Source: a virus
IMG/VR virus record: IMGVR_UViG_3300045988_090415
Span: 1-39,668 of that record
DNA: 39,668 nucleotides
Reading direction: 5' to 3' (one strand)
Both the position numbers and the translations under genes were made by a program. Below are positions 7,203-15,887 of the stretch, piece after piece (the stretch's first letter is position 1; every line of letters starts with the position of its first letter). The notes under the pieces were generated by a model. That model did no database searches and was not told the DNA's origin. It saw nothing but the letters and a program-made list of their open reading frames with translations.

Positions 7203-7255
7203 AGAAGGAAGTAAGTAGAGACAAAGGTCTTTCCTTACTTCCTTCTTCTTCTGTC
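7203..7255 (+). terminator. Hairpin terminator after the RNAP gene
   Basis: AGAAGGAAGTAAG (7203-7215) is the exact reverse complement of CTTACTTCCTTCT (7234-7246), followed by TCTTCTGTCT. Confidence 0.65.
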
Positions 7256-7278
7256 TACTATAAAGAACACTTGTTTGG

Positions 7279-7302
7279 TTAATTGTCCCACATACAGAGG
7301 AA
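7279..7302 (+). promoter_or_regulatory. Phage-RNAP promoter P2 (consensus)
   Basis: Exact TTAATTGTCCCACATACAGAGGAA. By alignment to the T7 promoter (TAAT at -17 to -14, initiating G), the predicted +1 is G7297. Confidence 0.75.
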
Positions 7303-7394
7303 CCCTAAGTATTCCTAAGTAACTAAAGGAAGATTATTTAGGAGTAAGTAAGAGTAAGTATAGTTAAGTATTCCTAAGTATTTCTAGGGCAAAA
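7303..7394. repeat. AT-rich TAAGTA repeat block between promoters (candidate replication origin)
   Basis: TAAGTATTCCTAAGTA occurs at 7306-7321 and 7365-7380, with GTAAGTA iterations between. The position (after the RNAP gene, between tandem phage promoters) mirrors the T7 primary origin. Confidence 0.4.
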
Positions 7395-7418
7395 TTAATT
7401 GTCCCACATACAAGGGAA
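7395..7418 (+). promoter_or_regulatory. Phage-RNAP promoter P3
   Basis: TTAATTGTCCCACATACAAGGGAA, two mismatches to the consensus around +1. Confidence 0.65.
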
Positions 7419-7466
7419 GAAAACACACTATCCCTACCTCTGTGTCTACCACAAACTACTGTTTGG

Positions 7467-7490
7467 TTAATTGTCCCGCATACAGAGGAA
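7467..7490 (+). promoter_or_regulatory. Phage-RNAP promoter P4
   Basis: TTAATTGTCCCGCATACAGAGGAA, one mismatch. It shares the upstream TGTTTGG context with P2. Confidence 0.7.
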
Positions 7491-7519
7491 AGAACACAAA
7501 ATTTCAAGGAGGTAATGAG

Positions 7520-7954
7520 ATGAGCAATTCAAAGAAAGTCCTGCGTGATTATGAAACAGTCCGTGTGGATGTGCGTAATTTTGACGCTATTGATGGTGAC
7601 TATGTATACGGAGAAATCCAGAGAAATATGGATCTCGCAGGTGTCTTGTGCTATGAAGTTCGCTTGCGTGGTACTGACACGTACATTGTTGTCAATGAGG
7701 ACAGAGTGCAGAAAGTCGGAGAATATGACAAGCACGACAAGCACTACTTAGAAGCTGTTGTCGAACCCATTAAGGTGATGGAAAAGCTGTTCACGAAAGA
7801 AGAACTCAAAGGATTCATCAAAGGCAACATTTTGAAGTACCGTTTACGCATGGGACATAAGGACGACATTCAGAAAGAAATGGACAAGATTCGTGTCTAT
7901 GAGCAGTGGTTAGCAAAACTTGAAAGAGGTGAAGCACTGACAGATGCGGACTAG
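7520..7954 (+). CDS. Two-domain protein: N-terminal VRVDVRNF domain plus a C-terminal DUF3310 (SaV-like) domain
   Basis: AAGGAGG RBS before ATG 7520; the tracked ORF start at 7442 runs through promoter P4. The C-terminus HYLEAVVEPIKVMEKLF...GNILKYRLRMGHKDD...KIRVYEQWL fits the DUF3310 pattern. The N-terminus is paralogous to the ORF at 36662-36883. Confidence 0.6.
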   Translation: MSNSKKVLRDYETVRVDVRNFDAIDGDYVYGEIQRNMDLAGVLCYEVRLRGTDTYIVVNEDRVQKVGEYDKHDKHYLEAVVEPIKVMEKLFTKEELKGFIKGNILKYRLRMGHKDDIQKEMDKIRVYEQWLAKLERGEALTDAD

Positions 7955-8456
7955 AAAACCTTTGTCTATCATATTCAAGCCCTTACGGGATGACATTGAC
8001 GTACCTCAAATCAAGACACAGGGTTCAGCAGGAGCAGATATTGTTGTCCCTGATGATGTCGTTATCGAGCCATTCAGTATTCGTGGTAAAGGAACCCTAG
8101 TTCCCTTGGGGTTCTCTTTAGATATTCCCGAAGGGGTGCAAGTACATATCATGTTGCGATCAAGTGTCGGATTGAAGACCCCTATCCGTTTGTCTAATGG
8201 CGTCGGTCTGATTGATTCAGATTACAAGGGAGAACTCTGTTTACTACTTGACAATTTATCTAAAAATTCAATTCATATCAAAAGTGGTACTCGGATAGCA
8301 CAATTAGTGCCTTTTTCTACCCTAAAGTGGGGGTTTGAATTAATTGTCCCACATACAGAGGAAAGAAAACACATTAACCCTATCCAAAATAAAAAACGCA
8401 GTGGTGGATTTGGGTCTACCACAGGAACAAAGGAGACAAAAGCAAATGAAAATTAA
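7944..8456 (+). CDS. dut: dUTP diphosphatase (dUTPase)
   Basis: Motifs GSAGADI, GLIDSDYKGEL, RIAQLV and RSGGFGSTTG. Confidence 0.9.
   Translation: MRTRKPLSIIFKPLRDDIDVPQIKTQGSAGADIVVPDDVVIEPFSIRGKGTLVPLGFSLDIPEGVQVHIMLRSSVGLKTPIRLSNGVGLIDSDYKGELCLLLDNLSKNSIHIKSGTRIAQLVPFSTLKWGFELIVPHTEERKHINPIQNKKRSGGFGSTTGTKETKANEN
8340..8363 (+). promoter_or_regulatory. Phage-RNAP promoter P5, embedded in the dut coding sequence
   Basis: Exact 24-nt consensus. It is translated as part of ELIVPHTEERKH, between dUTPase motifs 4 and 5. Confidence 0.7.
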
Positions 8457-8985
8457 AGGCAAAGCATATTGGGCAAAAATTAGAACACCTGAAACATACA
8501 ATGGCCAGCCTGTAGGCTTCTCGATGCAGGTTTTGATGCCTGATGAAAATTTAGCAAAAATGAAAGCATACTTTGAAGCTAAATGTAAAGAAGAATTTGC
8601 GGGCAAGAAGATGTTAGGCGACATCACGATGCCGATTAAAACTACAGACGCAGGTCTGGAAATGGTCAAGGTTAAAACTAAGCATGTGTATAAAGACAAG
8701 GCAACAGGGGTAGAAAAACCGAAGGTTATCCCTGTATACAACGAATACGGCGAGCTGATTCCTGAAGATGTTCTTATTGGTAACGGTTCGGATGTAGAAG
8801 TTGTCGTCAATCCAAAACTGTACTATGAAAGCACAAAGAAGTGGGGCGTCCGCCTGTACCTTCAGTGCTTGATGGTAACGAATCTCGTTAAGTATTCTAA
8901 AGACGGTTCCGACGAACTGACATTTAAGAAACGAGATGCTAATGATGAGGCAGAAACCACGCTGGACGACGAGGTAGATTTCTAA
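8446..8985 (+). CDS. T7 gp2.5-like single-stranded DNA-binding protein
   Basis: AAGGAGA RBS before ATG 8446. IGNGSDVEVVVNPKLYY...WGVRLYLQCLMV resembles T7 gp2.5 (IGGGSKLKVKYSLVPYKW...SVKLQLESVMLV). Acidic C-terminus ending in DF, as in gp2.5. Confidence 0.75.
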   Translation: MKIKGKAYWAKIRTPETYNGQPVGFSMQVLMPDENLAKMKAYFEAKCKEEFAGKKMLGDITMPIKTTDAGLEMVKVKTKHVYKDKATGVEKPKVIPVYNEYGELIPEDVLIGNGSDVEVVVNPKLYYESTKKWGVRLYLQCLMVTNLVKYSKDGSDELTFKKRDANDEAETTLDDEVDF

Positions 8986-8986
8986 G

Positions 8987-9457
8987 TTGTTTACAGGCGG
9001 TTTTCACACACCTGCTAAGACAAAACGAAGTAAGTATGAAGACACACTTACTGCTAACCTTGACAAAAAGAATAAAGAATATCATTACGAAGAATTTTCC
9101 CTTGAGTACACGGTAAAGCACAAGTACACTCCTGATTTTGTCTTGCCAAACGGCATTATTGTTGAGGCGAAGAATGGGGAAGGCGGCTTTGTCCGTGTGG
9201 GTAAAAAGGGAGGATTCTACAGAGGCTCATTGGATAGTGAAGCACGGGGAAAGATGCTGAAGGTAAAACGACAGTACCCCGAACTTGACATACGCTTTGT
9301 CTTTCCTAAAGACTTTAAATTTCAAAGTTTGAAGACAACGGCGAGTAAGTGGTGCGAGAAGAATGGCTTTAAGTACCACATTGGCAACACAATCCCTGAG
9401 TCTTGGTTTAAAGAAGAGGGCCAAATTAGCCCCAAACTAAAAAAGAAAGGAAAGTGA
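8987..9457 (+). CDS. T7 endonuclease I-like Holliday-junction resolvase
   Basis: YTPDFVLPNGIIVEAK, YPELDIRFVF and WCEKNGFKYH...IPESWFKE closely parallel T7 gp3. The start is apparently TTG, so the start is uncertain. Confidence 0.85.
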   Translation: MFTGGFHTPAKTKRSKYEDTLTANLDKKNKEYHYEEFSLEYTVKHKYTPDFVLPNGIIVEAKNGEGGFVRVGKKGGFYRGSLDSEARGKMLKVKRQYPELDIRFVFPKDFKFQSLKTTASKWCEKNGFKYHIGNTIPESWFKEEGQISPKLKKKGK

Positions 9458-9458
9458 C

Positions 9459-9821
9459 ATGTTTAAATTCAGAGACAGAGAAGAAACTCTCTTCTACTCC
9501 TTTGTCTATAAAGACCTAGAAGGAAAAACTGTCTCCGAACTGTTGAAGGAAGCACGAAGAAAAGGAGCGTTTTCGTTACCGTATCACGCTGTAGTTCTCA
9601 AAAATGGCGAACTCGACCTCATGCGGCCCTTTGAAGCAGTCGGGGGTAGCGAACTTCCTTATAGTGCTTGTGGTGTTTATATCCTCGTGGACGCTGGATC
9701 TAAAGACACACTGTCGCACTTACAGAAAAAGCGGCTGGACGATTTAGTGAAGATGCTTCACGAGGACTATGCAGACATAGTAGAGGAAGAGTTCAAAGAT
9801 GAATTACAGCGAACCGATTAA
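9459..9821 (+). CDS. T7 gp3.5 (lysozyme/amidase)-like protein lacking the zinc ligands; probable RNAP regulator
   Basis: FKFRDREETLFYSF...PYHAVVLKNGELDLMRPFEAVGGSE aligns with T7 FKQRESTDAIFVHCS...GYHFIIKRDGTVEAGRDEMAVGSHA. The H17 equivalent is absent, and the protein ends before the H122/C130 region. Confidence 0.55.
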   Translation: MFKFRDREETLFYSFVYKDLEGKTVSELLKEARRKGAFSLPYHAVVLKNGELDLMRPFEAVGGSELPYSACGVYILVDAGSKDTLSHLQKKRLDDLVKMLHEDYADIVEEEFKDELQRTD

Positions 9822-11391
9822 GACACACCTACCTTGCCCTGATTGTGGTTCCTCTGATGCCTTGACAGAGTATAGCGATGGTCACACATACTGCTTCTCT
9901 TGCCAAACAGTACGAGGAACTACAGCACAGGGCGGACATACAGTCAACCTCATACCCCTTACCTCTTTGTCTCTCACTCCCTTAAAGCGTCGTGGAATCA
10001 TGTCGACTACGTGCGAAAAATACCACTATTATACAGGGTATCACAATGGAAAGCCCGTACAGGTTGCATGTTACTTTGACGATGCGGGGGAACTAATAGG
10101 ACAGAAAGTGCGGTACCAAGACAAAACCTTTGAAACGCTAGGTAAGATATCTAAGCGTTTCTTTGGTCAAGAGCTTTTTGAGAGTAGAGGCAAGCTAGTT
10201 ATTACAGAGGGCGAGATTGATTGCCTCACGGTATCACAATTACAGAATAATAAATATCCCGTTGTGTCTATCCCATGTGGGGTGGCTTCAGCAAAGAAAG
10301 TCCTGACACACAACATGGAATGGCTCTCACAGTTTGATGAGGTCATCTTGATGTTTGACATGGACGAAGCGGGGAGAAAAGCTGTTAAAGATTGTGCTGG
10401 ACTTCTGAAGGGTCTGAAGGTGGCTAATTTACCCCTAAAAGACCCTAACGAGTGTCTACTGGCTAATAAGGGGCAATCAGTTATCAATGCTATTTGGAAC
10501 GCTAAGGCATACAAACCAGACGGCATTGTCAATGGTGCTGACTTATGGGAGATGGTAGACAGCGAAGAAGACGAAATGAGCTATACATACCCTTGGGATA
10601 TTCCGCTAAATGACATGACAAGGGGACTCCGTAAGGGGGAACTTGTTGTTGTCACAGCAGGTACAGGGGTAGGCAAGACAACGTTTGTAAGACAAATCAT
10701 GTATGACTTGGGCGTTAAGAAAAACCTCAAAGTAGGATGCATGATGCTTGAAGAAAATGTAAAGCGTACTTCTGTAGGGCTTATGTCTATACACACAGGA
10801 GTTCGATTGCACTTATCAAGACACGCCATAAGTGAAGAAGAGTATCGGAAGGCATTTGATGAGACACTGGGGACAGGAAACTACGTACTCTACAATCACT
10901 TTGGTAGTCTTGAAGGTGACAACTTATTAAACAAGATTAGATATTTAGCTATTTCTGAGGAGTGTGACTTCATCGTCCTTGACCATGTGTCTATTGCTAT
11001 CTCTGGTCTTGAAGGAGACAATGAGCGAAAACTGATTGACTACCTCATGACACAGATGCGAAGCATTGTAGAAGAGACAGGTGTAGGCATGATTGTCATA
11101 TCGCACTTGCGAAGACCTGACAACTCTCAGAAGTCACATGAAGAAGGTGGTATCACCTCACTGGCCCAACTTAGAGGTTCACACGCAATTTCACAGTTAT
11201 CCGATATTGTCCTTGGCTTAGAGAGGAATCAACAGGAATCTAATGAAGAGCTGAGAAACACAACTCGTGTGCGTGTCTTAAAGAACCGCTTTACGGGCGA
11301 AACTGGTATAGGTGGCTACCTGACATATAACAGAAAAACAGACCGCTTGGAAGTAGCAGAGAAGGAAGATGATGATGAAGCAGAATTTTAA
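9799..11391 (+). CDS. T7 gp4-like bifunctional primase-helicase
   Basis: Cys4 zinc finger CPDCGSSDALTEYSDGHTYCFSC (T7: CDNCGSSDGNSLFSDGHTFCYVC). TOPRIM motifs (ITEGEIDCLT, MFDMDEAG). Walker A GTGVGKTT. DnaB-like C-terminal half. Confidence 0.92.
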   Translation: MNYSEPIKTHLPCPDCGSSDALTEYSDGHTYCFSCQTVRGTTAQGGHTVNLIPLTSLSLTPLKRRGIMSTTCEKYHYYTGYHNGKPVQVACYFDDAGELIGQKVRYQDKTFETLGKISKRFFGQELFESRGKLVITEGEIDCLTVSQLQNNKYPVVSIPCGVASAKKVLTHNMEWLSQFDEVILMFDMDEAGRKAVKDCAGLLKGLKVANLPLKDPNECLLANKGQSVINAIWNAKAYKPDGIVNGADLWEMVDSEEDEMSYTYPWDIPLNDMTRGLRKGELVVVTAGTGVGKTTFVRQIMYDLGVKKNLKVGCMMLEENVKRTSVGLMSIHTGVRLHLSRHAISEEEYRKAFDETLGTGNYVLYNHFGSLEGDNLLNKIRYLAISEECDFIVLDHVSIAISGLEGDNERKLIDYLMTQMRSIVEETGVGMIVISHLRRPDNSQKSHEEGGITSLAQLRGSHAISQLSDIVLGLERNQQESNEELRNTTRVRVLKNRFTGETGIGGYLTYNRKTDRLEVAEKEDDDEAEF

Positions 11392-11860
11392 GATTCCCGT
11401 GTATGCTCATGGGGTCACGATGAATGAAATCCCCGACAAAATTTCTCTGGTGATTACATTAGGGAACTGCGAATGTCATTGCAAGGGGTGTCATAGTGAT
11501 TACTTGTGGGATACACATACTTGTGAAGAACAGACACCTGAAGAGCTTTTGTCTCTCATCAAGAGTTATAAGAGTGTCACCAACACGGTACTCTTTATGG
11601 GAGGAAACCGAAATCATATGGACTTTGAGGAGTTTGCTGAGAATGTCCTGAAGCCTATCCATGACTTAGGTATTCATATTGGTATCTATTTGGGGGCATG
11701 GGATGCTATGGACTTATATACAGCTTGTAAGTATTGCCGCTGGGTAAAAGTAGGGGCGTACAGAGAAGAGCTGGGAGGTCTGGACAATCCCAACACGAAC
11801 CAGATTTTCCTCGAAGTACAGAACTATAAATTTCACAAGGGAGACACAGGATGGAAGTAA
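11369..11860 (+). CDS. nrdG: Anaerobic ribonucleotide reductase activating protein (radical SAM)
   Basis: CxxxCxxC cluster within CECHCKGC. Size and its position next to nrdD. Confidence 0.7.
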   Translation: MMMKQNFKIPVYAHGVTMNEIPDKISLVITLGNCECHCKGCHSDYLWDTHTCEEQTPEELLSLIKSYKSVTNTVLFMGGNRNHMDFEEFAENVLKPIHDLGIHIGIYLGAWDAMDLYTACKYCRWVKVGAYREELGGLDNPNTNQIFLEVQNYKFHKGDTGWK

Positions 11861-12078
11861 GTATTTACGTCATTAAAGATTGTATGTATTGTGACACACT
11901 GCTTAAAGGGCTTCCAAAGGTAGTCAAGAAATTTCCGAACGTAGCCTTTAAGGTAACGTGTGTGACTGAATCAAAAGAATTTGAACTGTTCCCTACAGTA
12001 GTTATAGGGGATAAAACTTTGTCTCCGTGCATTTATGCGGAGGACATGGAGAAAGAGGTGAGACATGCCGTTACTTAA
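11851..12078 (+). CDS. Glutaredoxin/NrdH-like small redoxin
   Basis: 75 aa with an N-terminal CxxC (IKDCMYCDTL) after a beta-strand. Located between nrdG and nrdD. Confidence 0.55.
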   Translation: MEVSIYVIKDCMYCDTLLKGLPKVVKKFPNVAFKVTCVTESKEFELFPTVVIGDKTLSPCIYAEDMEKEVRHAVT

Positions 12079-13852
12079 TTTAACGCAAGAACAGATTGAA
12101 GAAAAAATTAAATACATTGACCACTACATTCATAGTCAGAACAGTGCAAGTGGCTCCTTGGTGGATGCTAATGCCAATGTAGACACAAAGAATATTGGTA
12201 TCTTGGAAGCTGAGATGTATAAGCCTGATACCATTCAGGTAAATCGTGCTTTGGTACAGCGGAAACTCACGGAGAAGTATGGTAAGAAGATTGCAGAGAA
12301 GTACATTGAGGACATCGAAAAGCATAGAATTTATATTCATGATGAAACTTCATTACGACCTTACTGCGCTTCTATCACGCTGTTCCCCTTCCTGCTCAAT
12401 GGCACAAAGCCCTTGGGAGGTACAAGCGAAGCTCCGAAGAACATTCATAGTTTCTGCGGCTCCTTTGTCAACCTTGTATATCAGGTGGCTTCTGGGTTTG
12501 CAGGTGCGATCGCTACGGTAGAGTTCCTTCTGTACTTTGATTATTTTGCAAAGAAGACATGGGGTACAGACTACATCGACTTACACACAGCTGACGTTAG
12601 ACAGGCTTTGCAAGGCGTCGTATATGCTTTGAATCAGCCCGCTTCTGCCCGTGGCAATCAGAGCGTCTTCTGGAATATCTCGGTGCTGGACAGATTTTAC
12701 TTTGAACAGCTTTTTGGGGGCTTTAAGTTCCCCGACGGCACACAGCCTGTATATGAAGGTTCGTTCCGTAAATTGCAGATGTTCTTTATGGAATGGTTCA
12801 GACAAGAGAGAGAAAGAGCATTACTCACGTATCCCGTACTGACCGCTTCCATCTTGGTGGATGCTGAAGGAAAACCTAGAGACAAACATTTTGCATGGAC
12901 TTGTGCTGAAGAAATGTCTAAGGGCTTGAGCTTCTTTGTCTATGAGAGTGATAGCGTAGACTCCTTATCTTCGTGCTGTCGTTTGAGGAATGAGTTCACG
13001 GACAACACGTTCTCCTATACATTAGGTGCAGGTGGGGTGTCTACAGGTTCCGTTCAGGTAATCACGATTAATATGAATCGCTACGTGCAGACAAGGGAAG
13101 AGCCTTTTAGTACGCTGATTGATCGCGTACACATGTATCTCTTGGCACACAGAGCGGTCATTGAGGATTACATTGAAGGCGGCTTACTTCCTGCTTACTC
13201 TACAGGATTCATCAGCTTAGACAAACAGTTCTGTACCATTGGTATCAATGGTATGCTGGAGGCTTCTGAGTATGTAAAGGGAAAAGCAGACACAGACTTT
13301 TTCTCGAACTATTTAAAAGACATCTATAAAAGCAACAAGGAGTGGAAAGAAGACACAGGGGTTAAGTTCAATACAGAGTTTGTCCCTGCTGAAAACTTAG
13401 GCGTTAAAAATGCTAAGTGGGACAAAGAAGATGGCTTGAAAGTCCCCCGTGCTTGCTATAACAGCTACTTCTTCCCTGTTGAAGATGATTCCTACAATAT
13501 CATTGATAAACTTAGACTGCATGGCAAGGAAAATACACAGTGGCTTGACGGCGGTTCTGCTTGCCACCTCAACATGGAACAGCTTATGTCTAAAGAACAG
13601 GCGTATGACCTGATTTGTATTGCTGGCAAGCTTGGTGTCAACTATTGGACATTTAATGTCCTTATGACAGTTTGTAATGACTGTGGTTTTATCAATGTCA
13701 ATACGGAAAATCACTGTACAAAGTGTGGCTCTAAAGACATTGACTATGCGACACGGGTCATTGGGTATCTCAAGCGTATTTCTAGTTTCTCTACAGAAAG
13801 ACAAAAGGAAGCTGGTTTGCGTATCTACAATAAGGCAGGTGATAGTTATTGA
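12065..13852 (+). CDS. nrdD: Anaerobic (class III) ribonucleoside-triphosphate reductase
   Basis: C-terminal Cys4 cluster CNDCGF...CTKCGS, followed by the glycyl-radical motif TRVIGYL. 595 aa. Confidence 0.88.
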   Translation: MPLLNLTQEQIEEKIKYIDHYIHSQNSASGSLVDANANVDTKNIGILEAEMYKPDTIQVNRALVQRKLTEKYGKKIAEKYIEDIEKHRIYIHDETSLRPYCASITLFPFLLNGTKPLGGTSEAPKNIHSFCGSFVNLVYQVASGFAGAIATVEFLLYFDYFAKKTWGTDYIDLHTADVRQALQGVVYALNQPASARGNQSVFWNISVLDRFYFEQLFGGFKFPDGTQPVYEGSFRKLQMFFMEWFRQERERALLTYPVLTASILVDAEGKPRDKHFAWTCAEEMSKGLSFFVYESDSVDSLSSCCRLRNEFTDNTFSYTLGAGGVSTGSVQVITINMNRYVQTREEPFSTLIDRVHMYLLAHRAVIEDYIEGGLLPAYSTGFISLDKQFCTIGINGMLEASEYVKGKADTDFFSNYLKDIYKSNKEWKEDTGVKFNTEFVPAENLGVKNAKWDKEDGLKVPRACYNSYFFPVEDDSYNIIDKLRLHGKENTQWLDGGSACHLNMEQLMSKEQAYDLICIAGKLGVNYWTFNVLMTVCNDCGFINVNTENHCTKCGSKDIDYATRVIGYLKRISSFSTERQKEAGLRIYNKAGDSY

Positions 13853-13907
13853 ACTTTTGAAAATCTTGAAGCGAGTGGAGACGTATTGCCACAACAAGCG
13901 TGTCGTT

Positions 13908-14006
13908 ATGGCACATAAAATGCTTATGAAGGCTACGGAAACCTTTACCAAACTCGAACAGGAGTATGCTAAAAAGATTGCAGAGTTAAAACAGTACACA
14001 GAATAG
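13908..14006 (+). CDS. Possible 32-aa ORF in the nrdD-pol gap
   Basis: MAHKMLMKATETFTKLEQEYAKKIAELKQYTE. Only the part of tracked ORF 13677-14006 that does not overlap nrdD. No clear RBS. Confidence 0.2.
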   Translation: MAHKMLMKATETFTKLEQEYAKKIAELKQYTE

Positions 14007-14016
14007 GAGTGATTTT

Positions 14017-15870
14017 GTGTTAATATTCGACATTGAAACAGACGGTTTACTGGAGGATATGACAAAAATTCACTGTATGTGTATCAAGGACACCAAAGAG
14101 AATAAAATGTACAGGTTTAGACCTGACGAAGTAGAAGCAGGAGTGCGGATGCTGATGAGTGGTGACACAATTTGTGGGCATAACATTATAGCGTTCGACA
14201 TTCCTGCTATCTCTAAGGTGTTTCCGTGGTTCCATATAGGAAGAGACAAAGTAGTAGACACTCTTGTCTATGCTCGATTGGTATTCTCTGAGATTAACTA
14301 CATTGACAATAAGCTAACTAGAACAGGCGTTCTTCCTTCAAAACTCTATGGCTCTCACTCTTTAAAGGCGTATGGATATCGCTTGGGTGTTCTCAAGGGA
14401 ACTTATGCGAACGACTATGAAGCAGAGGATGTATGGGCTATATTCAACGAAGAGATGCTTGATTACAATGAGCAAGACGTTGTAGTAACGGAAGCTTTGT
14501 ATAACAAGTGTCGTAAAAAGAAGACAACAGTACAGGCGCTTGATCTGGAGCATAAGGCACAGTGGTTGATGCAGAAGATGGAACACAATGGCTTTACATT
14601 TGATATGGCTAAGGCTGAAAAGCTTTTGTCTACCCTTCTTGCAGAGCGGGAGAAAGTGTTGTCTAAGCTGAAAGATAAATGTCCTGCGATTCCCGACAAA
14701 GTGTTTGTCCCTAAGAGAGACAATGTGAAGATGGGATATAAGAAGGGCGTTCCCATTCAGAGATACAAGGAGTTCAACCCCAACAGTCGCCAGCAAATCC
14801 TGTGGATTCTGAAAGACCACTATGGGTATCCATTCGACAATGACGACATGTGGAATGACAACGGAAACATACAGCTGAACGAAGAGACATTCAAGCTCAT
14901 TCAGAAAGACCCGAAAGCTTCTGAAGAAGTCAAGGAGTTGGCAGAGCTGTTCTCTACTAACTTACTCCTGACTAAACGGTTAGGACAGCTCAGGGATGGT
15001 AAAAATGGTTGGATGAAACTTGTGTCTTCTGACGGTCGCTTACATGGGCGAGTAAATCCCAATGGTGCTATTACAGGTAGAGCGACACACTCACATCCCA
15101 ACATTGCACAGGTTCCTCACGTAGGTTCCCCCTATGGCGCAGAGTGTCGTGAGTTATTCACGGTTCCCGATGGTTGGTTTCAGGCTGGCGTGGATGCCTG
15201 TGGGCTGGAACTTAGATGTCTCTCCCACTACTTATATCCTTTTGACAACGGGGAGTATGCACATGAATGTGTTGAAGGGGATATTCACACGAAGAATCAG
15301 CTGGCCGCAGGATTGCCAGAGAGAAACATGGCAAAGACGTTTATCTATGGGTTCCTTTATGGTGCTGGGGACGCAAAGATTGGAGAAATTGTTGGAGGTA
15401 CAGCGGAGCATGGTGCAGAACTACGGAAGAAGTTCTTAAAGGCAACACCTGCTATCAAGAAACTCCAGCAAAGTGTCAAAAACCTTTTGTCTACTTACAA
15501 CGTGGAAATGAGACAAAGGGAGTGGAAGACACGGTATTTGAAGGGTTTGGATGGCCGATTGCTTTATACTCGGTCAATCCACAGTGCGCTGAATCTCTTG
15601 TTACAGTCGGCAGGTGCTATTGTCTGTAAATACTGGATTGTACGTACAGAGGAACGCTTGCTGAACCTTGGGTTAGACCATGGTAAAGATTTTCAGCTTA
15701 TGGCGTGGATACACGATGAGCAACAGATTGCCTGTCGTACTGAAGGCATTGCTGAAATTGTCATTAGAGAAGCCCAACAGGCTATGAGAGACACACAGCA
15801 CTATTTCAACTTCAGGTGTCAATTAGATACTGAAGGTAAGATTGGTAAGAACTGGGCAGATTGCCATTAG
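14017..15870 (+). CDS. T7 gp5-like family A DNA polymerase with 3'-5' exonuclease domain
   Basis: Exo motifs FDIETDGL, HNIIAFDIP and YNEQDV. Pol motifs DACGLELRCL, KTFIYGFLYGAG and WIHDEQQ. GTG start after AGGAGTGA. Confidence 0.93.
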   Translation: MLIFDIETDGLLEDMTKIHCMCIKDTKENKMYRFRPDEVEAGVRMLMSGDTICGHNIIAFDIPAISKVFPWFHIGRDKVVDTLVYARLVFSEINYIDNKLTRTGVLPSKLYGSHSLKAYGYRLGVLKGTYANDYEAEDVWAIFNEEMLDYNEQDVVVTEALYNKCRKKKTTVQALDLEHKAQWLMQKMEHNGFTFDMAKAEKLLSTLLAEREKVLSKLKDKCPAIPDKVFVPKRDNVKMGYKKGVPIQRYKEFNPNSRQQILWILKDHYGYPFDNDDMWNDNGNIQLNEETFKLIQKDPKASEEVKELAELFSTNLLLTKRLGQLRDGKNGWMKLVSSDGRLHGRVNPNGAITGRATHSHPNIAQVPHVGSPYGAECRELFTVPDGWFQAGVDACGLELRCLSHYLYPFDNGEYAHECVEGDIHTKNQLAAGLPERNMAKTFIYGFLYGAGDAKIGEIVGGTAEHGAELRKKFLKATPAIKKLQQSVKNLLSTYNVEMRQREWKTRYLKGLDGRLLYTRSIHSALNLLLQSAGAIVCKYWIVRTEERLLNLGLDHGKDFQLMAWIHDEQQIACRTEGIAEIVIREAQQAMRDTQHYFNFRCQLDTEGKIGKNWADCH

Positions 15871-15887
15871 GAACAGGAGGAAACAAT

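Noticed and set aside
7442-7519. N-terminal extension of the DUF3310 gene as drawn in the ORF track (start at 7442).
   Set aside because: The extension is read through promoter P4 and has no RBS. ATG 7520 is preceded by AAGGAGG at ideal spacing.
10106-10114. AAGTGCGGT, identical to the Haemophilus-type uptake signal sequence core, which might identify a Pasteurellaceae host.
   Set aside because: I noticed only a single copy. Other features (holin family, strong Shine-Dalgarno usage) do not fit that host, and one 9-mer hit is compatible with chance.
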